Of a DNA stretch of 64,000 bases, positions 1 through 8,969 are shown one piece after another (positions within the stretch are counted from its first letter, which is position 1; each line of letters begins with the position of its first letter). The position numbers and the translations under genes were made by a program. The notes beneath the pieces are model-generated. The model was not told where the DNA came from. It saw nothing but the letters and a program-made list of their open reading frames with translations, and ran no database searches. Where the stretch lies: positions 1 to 64,000 of IMG/VR virus record IMGVR_UViG_3300020172_001601; one strand, written 5' to 3'.

Positions 1-594
1 CAAGGCAACCAAGGCAGACAGGGATTCCAAGGCAACCAGGGTTTTGCCGGTAATCAGGGCGTACAAGGCACGCAAGGCAACCAGGGCTTCGTTGGCAACC
101 AAGGCGCTCAGGGCGCACAAGGAAACCAAGGTTTCGTCGGCAATCAGGGTGCGCAGGGTCCGCAAGGCAACCAAGGTCGTCAAGGTAATCAAGGAAATCA
201 AGGCACACAAGGCAACCAGGGTTTTGTCGGTAATCAAGGCGCTCAGGGCGCACAAGGAAACCAAGGCGCTCAAGGTACGCAAGGTACTCAAGGATTCCAG
301 GGCAACCTTGGAAACCAGGGCAACCAAGGTTTTATTGGAAACCAAGGCAACCAAGGCGCACAAGGCACTGCGATGACATCGCAAAACTTTAGTTTCACTA
401 ATGCGAACTTGTCGTCTGGTGTATACACGGCAAACCATAACTCTGGTCGTCAGTATTGGACTGTGGAAGTATATGACAACAACAATAGGTTGGTTATGCC
501 TGACAGTATAACTTGTACCAACACCAATAACTTGGCAATTGATTTGACGACATTCGGAGTAATCACAGGCACTTGGACAGCGAGGTTATCATAA
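1..594 (+). CDS. Collagen-like (Gly-X-Gln) fibre protein, C-terminal part (5' truncated by window)
   Basis: Frame 1 from base 1 reads QGNQGRQGFQGNQGFAGNQG... with no stop and runs into the listed ORF 373..594, which is its C-terminal beta-rich domain. Confidence 0.9.
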   Translation, partial: QGNQGRQGFQGNQGFAGNQGVQGTQGNQGFVGNQGAQGAQGNQGFVGNQGAQGPQGNQGRQGNQGNQGTQGNQGFVGNQGAQGAQGNQGAQGTQGTQGFQGNLGNQGNQGFIGNQGNQGAQGTAMTSQNFSFTNANLSSGVYTANHNSGRQYWTVEVYDNNNRLVMPDSITCTNTNNLAIDLTTFGVITGTWTARLS

Positions 595-595
595 T

Positions 596-1966
596 ATGAG
601 AATAGGATCATTCCAATTCGCAGGGACACGTCTAAGGGACGCCTCAACAATCAACCTTACGAACGTAAGCACTAGCTTGACTATTGCTGGTTCGTATCAC
701 TTGATTACGGTGTCTACTGGTGCGTGTACTTTGACGAGCATCAGCGGACCTGCCACAAACGGCACGACCGTTCAGTTTATTCTGACGACCGGCTCACAGA
801 ACTGCACCTTCAATACAGGTGGAAACATCACAGATGCCGTGACGCTCGCAGCGGGCGGCATGGTTTCGTATATGTATGACGGAACAGCATGGCTCATGCT
901 TCATACAGATGGTCCACAAGGCGCACAAGGAAACCAGGGAGTACAAGGATCACAGGGAAATCAGGGCTTTATAGGAAATCAAGGCAACCAAGGTCATCAA
1001 GGAAATCAAGGTAATCAGGGTTTCCAAGGCGCACAAGGATTCCAGGGTTTCCAAGGCTCACAAGGCAATCAAGGCTACCAAGGCAACCAAGGAAACCAAG
1101 GTCATCAAGGCAATCAAGGAAACCAGGGTTTCGTTGGCAACCAAGGCGCTCAAGGTCCACAAGGAAACCAGGGTTTCGTTGGCAATCAAGGCGCTCAAGG
1201 CCCGCAAGGAAATCAGGGCTTCGTCGGCAACCAGGGTGCGCAAGGCGCACAAGGAGTTCAAGGCAACCAGGGCTTCGTCGGCAACCAAGGAAACCAAGGT
1301 AATCAAGGCAACCAAGGAACCCAGGGCTTCCAAGGCGCACAAGGCTTTCAAGGCAATCAGGGATTCGTCGGAAACCAAGGAAATCAAGGCGCTCAAGGCA
1401 CCCAAGGCGCACAAGGCAACCAAGGTAATCAAGGCTTCGTCGGCAACCAAGGAAATCAGGGCAATCAAGGAAACCAAGGATTCCAAGGAAACCAAGGAAA
1501 TCAAGGAAATCAAGGTAATCAAGGTTTCCAGGGCAACCAAGGAAATCAAGGAAATCAAGGTAATCAAGGCTTCGTCGGCAACCAAGGAAACCAGGGAAAT
1601 CAAGGCAATCAAGGCTTCCAAGGAAACCAAGGCTTTGTTGGAAATCAAGGTCCGCAGGGCTTCCAGGGCAACCAAGGCGCACAGGGAAATCAGGGCAACC
1701 AGGGCAATCAGGGATTTGTTGGCAACCAAGGTACGTTTGCTTGGAATTTAGCTGGGGCCTTTACTACGTTTAACAATGCCAGCTTATCTGGCTCGACGTT
1801 CTCGTATACTCACAGCCGAGCGGTCGATTGTGCCTTCGTGGTATATGATAACAATAACATAGAAATCATCCCGGCAGCGATTACCCGAACTTCTACCTCT
1901 CAGGTGACGATAGATTTACAGGGCTTTACACCGTTAACGGGGACATGGACATTGGTAGTATTGTAA
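596..1966 (+). CDS. Collagen-like (Gly-X-Gln) fibre protein
   Basis: About 90 consecutive G-X-Y triplets (GNQ/GFQ/GAQ/GFV) between N- and C-terminal beta-rich domains; C-terminal domain resembles that of the upstream gene. Confidence 0.9.
   Translation: MRIGSFQFAGTRLRDASTINLTNVSTSLTIAGSYHLITVSTGACTLTSISGPATNGTTVQFILTTGSQNCTFNTGGNITDAVTLAAGGMVSYMYDGTAWLMLHTDGPQGAQGNQGVQGSQGNQGFIGNQGNQGHQGNQGNQGFQGAQGFQGFQGSQGNQGYQGNQGNQGHQGNQGNQGFVGNQGAQGPQGNQGFVGNQGAQGPQGNQGFVGNQGAQGAQGVQGNQGFVGNQGNQGNQGNQGTQGFQGAQGFQGNQGFVGNQGNQGAQGTQGAQGNQGNQGFVGNQGNQGNQGNQGFQGNQGNQGNQGNQGFQGNQGNQGNQGNQGFVGNQGNQGNQGNQGFQGNQGFVGNQGPQGFQGNQGAQGNQGNQGNQGFVGNQGTFAWNLAGAFTTFNNASLSGSTFSYTHSRAVDCAFVVYDNNNIEIIPAAITRTSTSQVTIDLQGFTPLTGTWTLVVL
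911..1729 (+). repeat. 9-nt degenerate coding repeat (ggN aaY caR) encoding the collagen triple-helix region
   Basis: Direct reading of the sequence; period of 9 nt. Confidence 0.9.
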
Positions 1967-3190
1967 ATGAAAATCTCGATCTTTACACCAACGCATAAGC
2001 CGGTCTATCTCGACCGGCTTTTTCGTTCTCTTCAAGAACAGACATATTCAAATTGGGAATGGGTAATTGTTCCCAATAATGGTGCAGTAGTTGAGCCAAT
2101 TGATGATGAGCGAGTGAAGATATTTCCTTGCAATGATTCAGATAACATTGGTTTTCTAAAACGATTTGCTGCTGGCAAAGCCACTGGTGAAGTTGTTGTT
2201 GAAGTCGATCATGACGACGAGCTTTTCTCAACTGCCATTGAAGAATGTGCGAATGCTTTTGCGGACCCCACTGTTGATTTTGCATATTCCAATTGCTGTG
2301 ATGTGCGAGAGAATTATGTCCCTCGTTGTTTCGGTCCAGAATGGGGTTGGATCAATCGTGTTTGCAAATTCAAGAATCATGATTTGATTGAAACTGTTTC
2401 GTTCCCGCCAGACCCCGCTTCAATTAGCAAAATATGGTACGCTCCGAATCACTTCCGGGCGTGGCGTAAAGAGTTCTATGATCGTATTGGCGGTCATGAC
2501 GCCTCTTTGGATGTGTTGGATGACCAGGATATTATGTGTCGCACATATATTCAGGGCAAAATGTTCCACATCGACAAGCCACTTTATGTTTATCATTTGC
2601 ACCAGGAAAACACCTGCTATGGCGAGAAGAATGCCAAGATTCAAGAAGGCACGTTGATGCTTCACGACAAGTACATCTACCAACTTGTCGAACGATGGTG
2701 CGATCTGAACAATTTGCGCAAAATTGACTTATGCGGTGGTCACAGCAAGCCCGAAGGTTATGAAAGCGTCGATCTCGAACGTGGCGACATACAAGCAGAC
2801 TTGAATGGGCGATGGCCTTTTGAAGATGGTTCGGTAGGCGTGTTTCGTGCGCATGATGCTCTCGAACACTTGAAAGACCCAATCAATACGATGAAGGAAG
2901 CATATCGGTGTCTGGCTCCAGACGGTTGGTTCTTGACTCAAACGCCGTCTACAGATGGTCGTGGGGCCTTCCAAGACCCAACGCACGTTAGTTTCTGGAA
3001 CAGCAATAGTTTCTGGTATTACACCCGTGCAGAGCAGGCGAAGTACATCAATACTCCGGCTCGTTTTCAATTGAATCGCATCAAGAATTTCTTCCCAAGC
3101 GATTGGCATCAGTTCCACAATATCATGTACGTCAAAGCAGATTTGCTGAAGCTCACTGATACTCGGATTCCTGGTGGAGTAGAAATCTGA
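1967..3190 (+). CDS. GT2 glycosyltransferase fused to a class I SAM-methyltransferase-like domain
   Basis: N-terminal ISIFTPT...SLQEQTYSNWEWVIV and VDHDD (DxD); C-terminal IDLCGG...ADLN..WPF...HDALEHL...GAFQDPTH. Confidence 0.85.
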   Translation: MKISIFTPTHKPVYLDRLFRSLQEQTYSNWEWVIVPNNGAVVEPIDDERVKIFPCNDSDNIGFLKRFAAGKATGEVVVEVDHDDELFSTAIEECANAFADPTVDFAYSNCCDVRENYVPRCFGPEWGWINRVCKFKNHDLIETVSFPPDPASISKIWYAPNHFRAWRKEFYDRIGGHDASLDVLDDQDIMCRTYIQGKMFHIDKPLYVYHLHQENTCYGEKNAKIQEGTLMLHDKYIYQLVERWCDLNNLRKIDLCGGHSKPEGYESVDLERGDIQADLNGRWPFEDGSVGVFRAHDALEHLKDPINTMKEAYRCLAPDGWFLTQTPSTDGRGAFQDPTHVSFWNSNSFWYYTRAEQAKYINTPARFQLNRIKNFFPSDWHQFHNIMYVKADLLKLTDTRIPGGVEI

Positions 3191-3228
3191 TTGTAAAGCA
3201 AAATAAATACTTGCTGCACGTCTTGGCC

Positions 3229-3257
3229 TTTATTCAATCTTTGGCTTGGTCTATAAT
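3229..3257 (+). promoter_or_regulatory. Sigma70-like promoter TTTATT-N17-TATAAT
   Basis: Perfect TATAAT with 17-nt spacing, upstream of an AAGGAG RBS and the AAA ATPase. Confidence 0.6.
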
Positions 3258-3285
3258 CCCCTGACCTCGAACAAGGAGTTGTCAT

Positions 3286-4371
3286 ATGTCGAAATCCGAC
3301 AGCCAAGAACTAAATGAAATTCTGAAGAACGCCCCAGATACTCCGTCGTATGACGGAGATGGCGACTCAAATCCATGTTTCAGCAATGATATTGCTGTCT
3401 GTGGTGAACCCGTCGCCTCATTTGATCGTGGTCTGGGTGGATATTGCCAGTGGTCCACATCGGACGGCAAGCGATATATTCCATCCAGCAAGACGGCCAA
3501 GAAGCTCACGCCGGGCGTCTACGATATTCTTCACAGTAACACAATCGGTTTGTATTTTGAACAGATTCCAGTTCTCACAACTGGTTTGATCCGGTTTCCA
3601 GAAACCAATTCCGATAAGGTCGTATCTGAAATTCAGAAGTTCTGGAAAAAGGAAAACATCTTCCGCAGTTACAACCTGACTTACAAGCGTGGCATTATTC
3701 TGTGGGGACCGCCAGGATCGGGCAAGTCTTGCACAATCCAGTTGATTATGCGTGACGTTGTAGAGCGTGGCGGCGTGGTCATCAAGTTTACGCATCCCAC
3801 ATTATTCCTTGAAGGCATTCGCAAGTTCCGAGAGATTCAGCCGGACACGCCTGTTGTCGTATTGATGGAAGATATTGACAGCATCTTGGAGATGTACTCT
3901 GAGAGTGAAGTTCTCAATATCCTCGATGGCGTGAATCAGATCGAGAAGGTTGTCTTCTTGGCGACGACCAATTACCCAGAAAAGCTGGGCGCTCGTATTG
4001 TCAATCGTCCTTCTCGATTTGACAAGCGATTTAAGATCGGCCATCCGAATGCCGAAAGCCGTCGTATTTACTTTGAATACATCATCGGCAAAGACAAGGT
4101 GAAGGCTCTCAAGATCAATCTGGATCAGTGGGTTGAAGACACTGAAGAATTCAGTATTGCTCACTTGAAGGAGTTGTTCACTGCGGTTGTTATTCTCGGC
4201 GACGAATATGAGGATGCCATCGAATCTCTTTCTTTGATGAAAGAAGATAAGCCTGATTCATCCAATGATGAAGCACGGAAGTCAATGGGATTCGGAAATG
4301 GCAAGAAGGCTCGCCGTCACAAGTTGACTGCTGATGATTCATTCATGAAAGAATTAAGGGAGATGGAATGA
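3286..4371 (+). CDS. AAA+ ATPase (BCS1-like single AAA module)
   Basis: YKRGIILWGPPGSGKS (Walker A), LMEDID (Walker B), LNILDG, ATTNYPEKL..RIVNRPSRFD (SRH). Confidence 0.9.
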   Translation: MSKSDSQELNEILKNAPDTPSYDGDGDSNPCFSNDIAVCGEPVASFDRGLGGYCQWSTSDGKRYIPSSKTAKKLTPGVYDILHSNTIGLYFEQIPVLTTGLIRFPETNSDKVVSEIQKFWKKENIFRSYNLTYKRGIILWGPPGSGKSCTIQLIMRDVVERGGVVIKFTHPTLFLEGIRKFREIQPDTPVVVLMEDIDSILEMYSESEVLNILDGVNQIEKVVFLATTNYPEKLGARIVNRPSRFDKRFKIGHPNAESRRIYFEYIIGKDKVKALKINLDQWVEDTEEFSIAHLKELFTAVVILGDEYEDAIESLSLMKEDKPDSSNDEARKSMGFGNGKKARRHKLTADDSFMKELREME

Positions 4372-4913
4372 GCGAGTCAATTCTGATCTCGACCGAGTAT
4401 ACCTTGGTCATTCATACAGATGGTTTTTCGGATGCTTTCGCCAAGAAGCTCTGTGCATATTGCACAGGCTTCGTGGATGAAACCGATAGCGATCTCGAAT
4501 TTTCTGATCTGTATTATCTGGAAGAGAACATCGAAGATGATGAGTCTCCGAGAGGTCAAGTGGCCGAAGAAAAGAATCCGTTTTATGGATTTGTCGGCCA
4601 GAGGCTAGATGAAGACCAGATTTATTCTCCTTGCTGTGTCTGGCTCAATAAGCGATACGGATATAACGCCAATGGCGAATACGCCGTGCTGACCGAGAAG
4701 AATTTCGACGAATACAACTTCCCGGCTCCTTTGAGCGTTGGTATTTTCTTCGATGTGGTTCCAGAGCCGGAGCATATCTCGAAGATCAAGGAGCGGGCCG
4801 TGAAGTTTTTCGAGAAGGTCTGGCCTAAGCTCAACGATGGGGCTAAAAAGGTTACGGTCGAAGACTTTCGGTTGGTAATCCACACCAAGTACGGGGAAGA
4901 AGTGGCGGTGTGA
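4368..4913 (+). CDS. Hypothetical acidic protein
   Basis: ATGA-coupled to the upstream gene; 181 aa. Confidence 0.75.
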   Translation: MSESILISTEYTLVIHTDGFSDAFAKKLCAYCTGFVDETDSDLEFSDLYYLEENIEDDESPRGQVAEEKNPFYGFVGQRLDEDQIYSPCCVWLNKRYGYNANGEYAVLTEKNFDEYNFPAPLSVGIFFDVVPEPEHISKIKERAVKFFEKVWPKLNDGAKKVTVEDFRLVIHTKYGEEVAV

Positions 4914-4967
4914 TTTTACGTTTGAATCGGTTTTGTGGTATGGTGTAGGTAGTTCAAGGAGAACACT

Positions 4968-5840
4968 ATGCACCATCAGCAATTGTGGGAGATGCCTCTT
5001 GCACGTCGATATTTTGAATATCTCGTTCGGTTCTTCGTATTTTACAGCATCGGCATGTACCTCCTTGAGATGGAGGTTACAAAGGCTCATCATAGCGACG
5101 GATTCTGGCTCTTGAATGAGCGATTCGTCGCTATGTTTTTTACGGTGGAGTACCTTGTCCGATGGGCAATATCGGACAACAAACGGCACTTCCCGTTCAA
5201 ACTATTGTCGATAATTGACCTGATTGCCATCGTGCCTTTTTATGTCGGGTTCTTTGTTGACGATCACACGCTTGATATAATTCGCACGCTTCGAGTGTTG
5301 CGAATGTTCAAGCTGGTCAGGTACAGTCCTGCCCTGATGAACGTCATGGAAGGCATAAAAAAGGTCAAAAGCGAACTGTATGTCGTTGGATATATTGTTT
5401 GTATTGTTGTGGTGTTTAGTTCGGTTTTAATCCTGCAATTTGAAAAGGACGCACAGCCAGACAAGTTCGACAAGCCGTCCGATGCTTTGTGGTGGTCCTT
5501 CGTGACGATGGCCACAGTTGGCTATGGTGATTTGGCTCCCGTGACCCTTGCCGGTCGGGTAGTAGCGATCTTTACTATGGTCATTGGCATTGGTATATTC
5601 GGTGTGTTCGTGAGTCTCATCGGCAGCGCCCTTATAGTGACGTGGAAGGAACAACAAGATGAGCAAAGAAAATCTAATGCAAGCCTGCAATCTAAGCCTC
5701 CAGATGAAGGGCTTGGACGGCGATCCGAAATACAAGAAGCGACTGAAGTGGGAAATCGAGGAAATCTTAGCCAGGAACAAGTCGGACTATTTTTGGAACC
5801 TGTACAGCAGTCGAACACGCTATCCGCAAAATCAAAATAA
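4968..5840 (+). CDS. Voltage-gated 6-TM potassium channel (KvAP-like)
   Basis: Selectivity filter TVGYGD, pore helix DALWWSFVTMAT, S4 RTLRVLRMFKLVR, S3 IIDLIAIVPFY; AAGGAG RBS. Confidence 0.92.
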   Translation: MHHQQLWEMPLARRYFEYLVRFFVFYSIGMYLLEMEVTKAHHSDGFWLLNERFVAMFFTVEYLVRWAISDNKRHFPFKLLSIIDLIAIVPFYVGFFVDDHTLDIIRTLRVLRMFKLVRYSPALMNVMEGIKKVKSELYVVGYIVCIVVVFSSVLILQFEKDAQPDKFDKPSDALWWSFVTMATVGYGDLAPVTLAGRVVAIFTMVIGIGIFGVFVSLIGSALIVTWKEQQDEQRKSNASLQSKPPDEGLGRRSEIQEATEVGNRGNLSQEQVGLFLEPVQQSNTLSAKSK

Positions 5841-8460
5841 TCTGTTGATCTGTTGGCTTTTGGGCATCGTCCCCGATCACAATATCGACCAAGAGCCTAA
5901 GTGCGAATACGGCGAATATCCCGACATTGACGTGGATTATTTGCCTATTGTTCGAGACTACCTGAAGACCGTGTGGGCCAAAGACACATTTGGTTCTGAC
6001 TATGTTTGTAATATCGGCAACTACACCACGTTCGGCATTAAGTCGGCTCTGATCGACATGGCCCGTGTTCACGGAGAAAGCCGAGAAGAAGTCCAGGCTC
6101 TCACAAAGAATCTCGACGCCAAGGACGATGAAGGCAAGGTTCTCACTTGGGATGCAGCGATGAAGCTGTATCCTGAGTTGAAGAAGTATTGTGAAATAGA
6201 TGATACTCACAAGCGTATTGCTGACGCAGCCAAGCGACTTCTTCACCGCAATCGAGGCATGGGCGTTCATGCTGGTGGTTTGATTATTGCCAATGCTCCT
6301 CTCTCTGATCTCGTTCCGCTCGTCAAGCGTAAAGACAGTCCACAAGCATCTGCATGGGTGGAAGGGCTGCATGGTCAGGACTTAGGCCCTATGGGTCTAG
6401 TTAAGTTTGACTTGTTGGTTATTTCCAATCTGCTTCAGATTGCTCGTTGCTGTGAGATGGTCAAGAAGCGGCATGGTTTAGTTGGCATTTGCAATAAGCC
6501 CGGCGAACCTGACTGGACCGATGTTCCAGCTTGGCGTGATGACCCCACATCATTGGCTATGGCCAATATTGGTGACTTGAAGTGTATCTTCCAATTTGAT
6601 TCTGAAGGTATGCGTGGACTCGTTCGTGCGGGTGGCGTAGACCGATTTGAAGACTTGGTTGCATACACCGCTTTGTTCCGTCCAGGTCCGCTCGGCATGA
6701 AGATGCAGGAGCGATACGTCGAACGTAAGCGTGGTCGTGAAAAGTATACACTTCACCCGCTGGTGAAGCCTATTCTTGATAAGACTTACGGAGTTTTGAC
6801 TTATCAAGAACAAATTATGCGTATCCTCAACGTGGTAGGTGAAATCCCGTTGAAGGATTGCGAATTGGTTCGTAAGGCGATCAGCAAGAAGAAGGTTGAA
6901 GGGTTCATCAAATACAAGGAGATGTTCGTTCTCAACGGCCAGAGAAACCTGGGCTGCAACGAAGAAGAAATCAATCACTTGTGGAATCAGATTGAAGCCT
7001 TCGCTGAATACGGTTTCAATCTCAGTCACGCCGTCGCATACACCTATATCTCGGCATGGTTGTTGTATCTCAAGGCTCACTATCCTCATGAGTTCTATGC
7101 TTCGATGCTGAGTTGTGAAACGCTCAGTGAGAAGATTAAAGAATACAAGATGGAAGCCAAGATTCACGGCGTCGATATGAATCGTTTGGACATCAATAAG
7201 TCCGATGTGAATTTCGATCTCCAAGGCGACATGATCTATTTCGGCCTGAGCAACATCAAGGGTTTAGGCGAGGCTCCGGCCAAGCGTATTGTTGCCGCTC
7301 AACCTTACAAGTCTTTTGAAGACTTCGTAACTCGGTTCGGCACAGATGCCAGCGTATTGAAGCCCATTTTGGGACTTCGATGTTTCCGTGATCGTGACCC
7401 TGTTACTTTGTGGAAGTTTGCTGAACACTTCAAGGATTGTGCCAAGAAGATTGAGGACAAGAAGAAGCGTTATCATGCGTCGATGATTAAATACGATCAA
7501 GAGTTCAAGGAACTCTTGCCGTTGGAAATCCGCACACTGGCTCAGTTGGAGAATGGACTGGACAATGCCTTCGATAGTGAAGGCTGGCGGGTTCAATGTG
7601 ACAAAGATGAAGAGATTGAAGTCGATAAGGAAGTGCTATGTGAGAAGGATTCCCCAGGGGCCACAGAGCGAGTAGTGGTGGAAGATATTGAGGTTGAAGG
7701 AACTGGTTTATATCTCCAGCGGGAAATCATTAAGTATTACCATGTCGGAAAAGTAAAAAAGACGTGGAATTTGTGGAAAGAATTACGCAAACTATGGCAA
7801 CGTAGGAAAAAGAGCATTGAGCGATACCAGAGCATCGAACGGGGCAACCTGCCGACGCTTCTCAATTTTGACGCTAATGCGTGGGATATTGACGAAGACT
7901 TGATGAAAGAATTCCGTGATCCGGTTGCCTGTGAGGAGAAGTATTACGGATTCGCCTGGATTCACGATCTGGAACGTAGCCCGGATTACAGGGGAAACCT
8001 TACTTTTGCCGATCTGAAGAATAGCATTGATGCTGTTGTTGGCCCGGTTGAACTTCGGGTCAAAAAGGTGGTAAAAACTCAAAGTAAAAAGCGAAAAGAG
8101 TTTACATACTACCAAGTTCTAGCGGAAGACGTGACCGGACAAGAGAATAGGATCAACGTATGGCCAGACGATTGGGAATGGTGGCATACAGAGTTTGGCT
8201 GGGAAGAAGTCGGCGGGAAATCGAAATTCACCGCTGGTAACTTACTTAGAGTAAGGCTCCAGCCTCCGACTGGTGGTTTCAATACTTTCACCCTGGAAAG
8301 CAATCAGGTTGGCAAGTGGCGAAGCCAAAAGCGGTATCACGACAAAGCTGACGATCCACGAGTGTTCGTTATGCAGAAGGGACAGAAAGAAGAAGAAAAA
8401 TTTCTGAGTGATGATGAGGCGATGGAGCAGTTCACAAACTGCACTATGGAACAAAAATGA
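5659..8460 (+). CDS. dnaE: DNA polymerase III alpha subunit (family C), lacking the N-terminal PHP domain
   Basis: PDIDVD, GVHAGG, GLVKFDLL, IFQFDS, ALFRPGP, TYGVLTYQEQIM, FAEYGFNLSHAVAY, YLKAHYP, GLSNIKGLG. Confidence 0.93.
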   Translation: MSKENLMQACNLSLQMKGLDGDPKYKKRLKWEIEEILARNKSDYFWNLYSSRTRYPQNQNNLLICWLLGIVPDHNIDQEPKCEYGEYPDIDVDYLPIVRDYLKTVWAKDTFGSDYVCNIGNYTTFGIKSALIDMARVHGESREEVQALTKNLDAKDDEGKVLTWDAAMKLYPELKKYCEIDDTHKRIADAAKRLLHRNRGMGVHAGGLIIANAPLSDLVPLVKRKDSPQASAWVEGLHGQDLGPMGLVKFDLLVISNLLQIARCCEMVKKRHGLVGICNKPGEPDWTDVPAWRDDPTSLAMANIGDLKCIFQFDSEGMRGLVRAGGVDRFEDLVAYTALFRPGPLGMKMQERYVERKRGREKYTLHPLVKPILDKTYGVLTYQEQIMRILNVVGEIPLKDCELVRKAISKKKVEGFIKYKEMFVLNGQRNLGCNEEEINHLWNQIEAFAEYGFNLSHAVAYTYISAWLLYLKAHYPHEFYASMLSCETLSEKIKEYKMEAKIHGVDMNRLDINKSDVNFDLQGDMIYFGLSNIKGLGEAPAKRIVAAQPYKSFEDFVTRFGTDASVLKPILGLRCFRDRDPVTLWKFAEHFKDCAKKIEDKKKRYHASMIKYDQEFKELLPLEIRTLAQLENGLDNAFDSEGWRVQCDKDEEIEVDKEVLCEKDSPGATERVVVEDIEVEGTGLYLQREIIKYYHVGKVKKTWNLWKELRKLWQRRKKSIERYQSIERGNLPTLLNFDANAWDIDEDLMKEFRDPVACEEKYYGFAWIHDLERSPDYRGNLTFADLKNSIDAVVGPVELRVKKVVKTQSKKRKEFTYYQVLAEDVTGQENRINVWPDDWEWWHTEFGWEEVGGKSKFTAGNLLRVRLQPPTGGFNTFTLESNQVGKWRSQKRYHDKADDPRVFVMQKGQKEEEKFLSDDEAMEQFTNCTMEQK

Positions 8461-8969
8461 GCGATACAACAAACGCAGAGTTGGTCATTGATGAGTCTAA
8501 TTTCTCGCAATACTTTAGGGACTGCCGCATCTCCAAGCCTGAGCGTGGCGATGTGATGGCTCGGTATTCCGCACGAGCGGATTTCCTTGATGGTCAAATG
8601 AAGCGAGACATTATTGACTTGGTTCATAACCGTGATAAAGCGTTTGCGGCAACCCAGGTCATGAGAAAGCTGGGTTGTGCTACCCAAATGGATTCAGTCA
8701 GAATTTGCAAAGAAATTTGCAAAGACTTGGCCTCTGGTATGAGTCTGAAAGAAGTAGAACAGAAAGTCTATACATATGACATTGAACTGTTCTACTATAC
8801 CAAGAAAGAATACATCCCTATTGACGATCCGCACTGGACGCCTATCGGCATAGCTAATCTGGATGAGTTCTTGGATCAGGCAGGTACTCGGCTTACTCTC
8901 AAATCGAAAATCATCGAGAAAGAAAAGGAGCCGGAAACAGAGGAAATTGATGACGAGCAAATTCGGTGA
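8457..8969 (+). CDS. Hypothetical protein
   Basis: ATGA-coupled to dnaE; 170 aa. Confidence 0.75.
   Translation: MSDTTNAELVIDESNFSQYFRDCRISKPERGDVMARYSARADFLDGQMKRDIIDLVHNRDKAFAATQVMRKLGCATQMDSVRICKEICKDLASGMSLKEVEQKVYTYDIELFYYTKKEYIPIDDPHWTPIGIANLDEFLDQAGTRLTLKSKIIEKEKEPETEEIDDEQIR

Noticed and set aside
44-376. Listed 110-aa K/A/R-rich ORF (also 969..1682, 1058..1729, 1134..1751)
   Set aside because: Shadow frames of the 9-nt collagen repeat; the real frame is G-X-Q.
1-1729. Repeats as a CRISPR array or satellite
   Set aside because: Period is 9 nt with synonymous third-position variation and no unique spacers, so it is a coding repeat.
3192-3199. Reverse-strand GCTTTACA as another early promoter (also TTTACA at 26220)
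   Set aside because: No -10-like hexamer at 17-nt spacing.
7390-7930. Intein in DnaE
   Set aside because: No C/S-start block, no HN-C/S/T end and no LAGLIDADG motifs.
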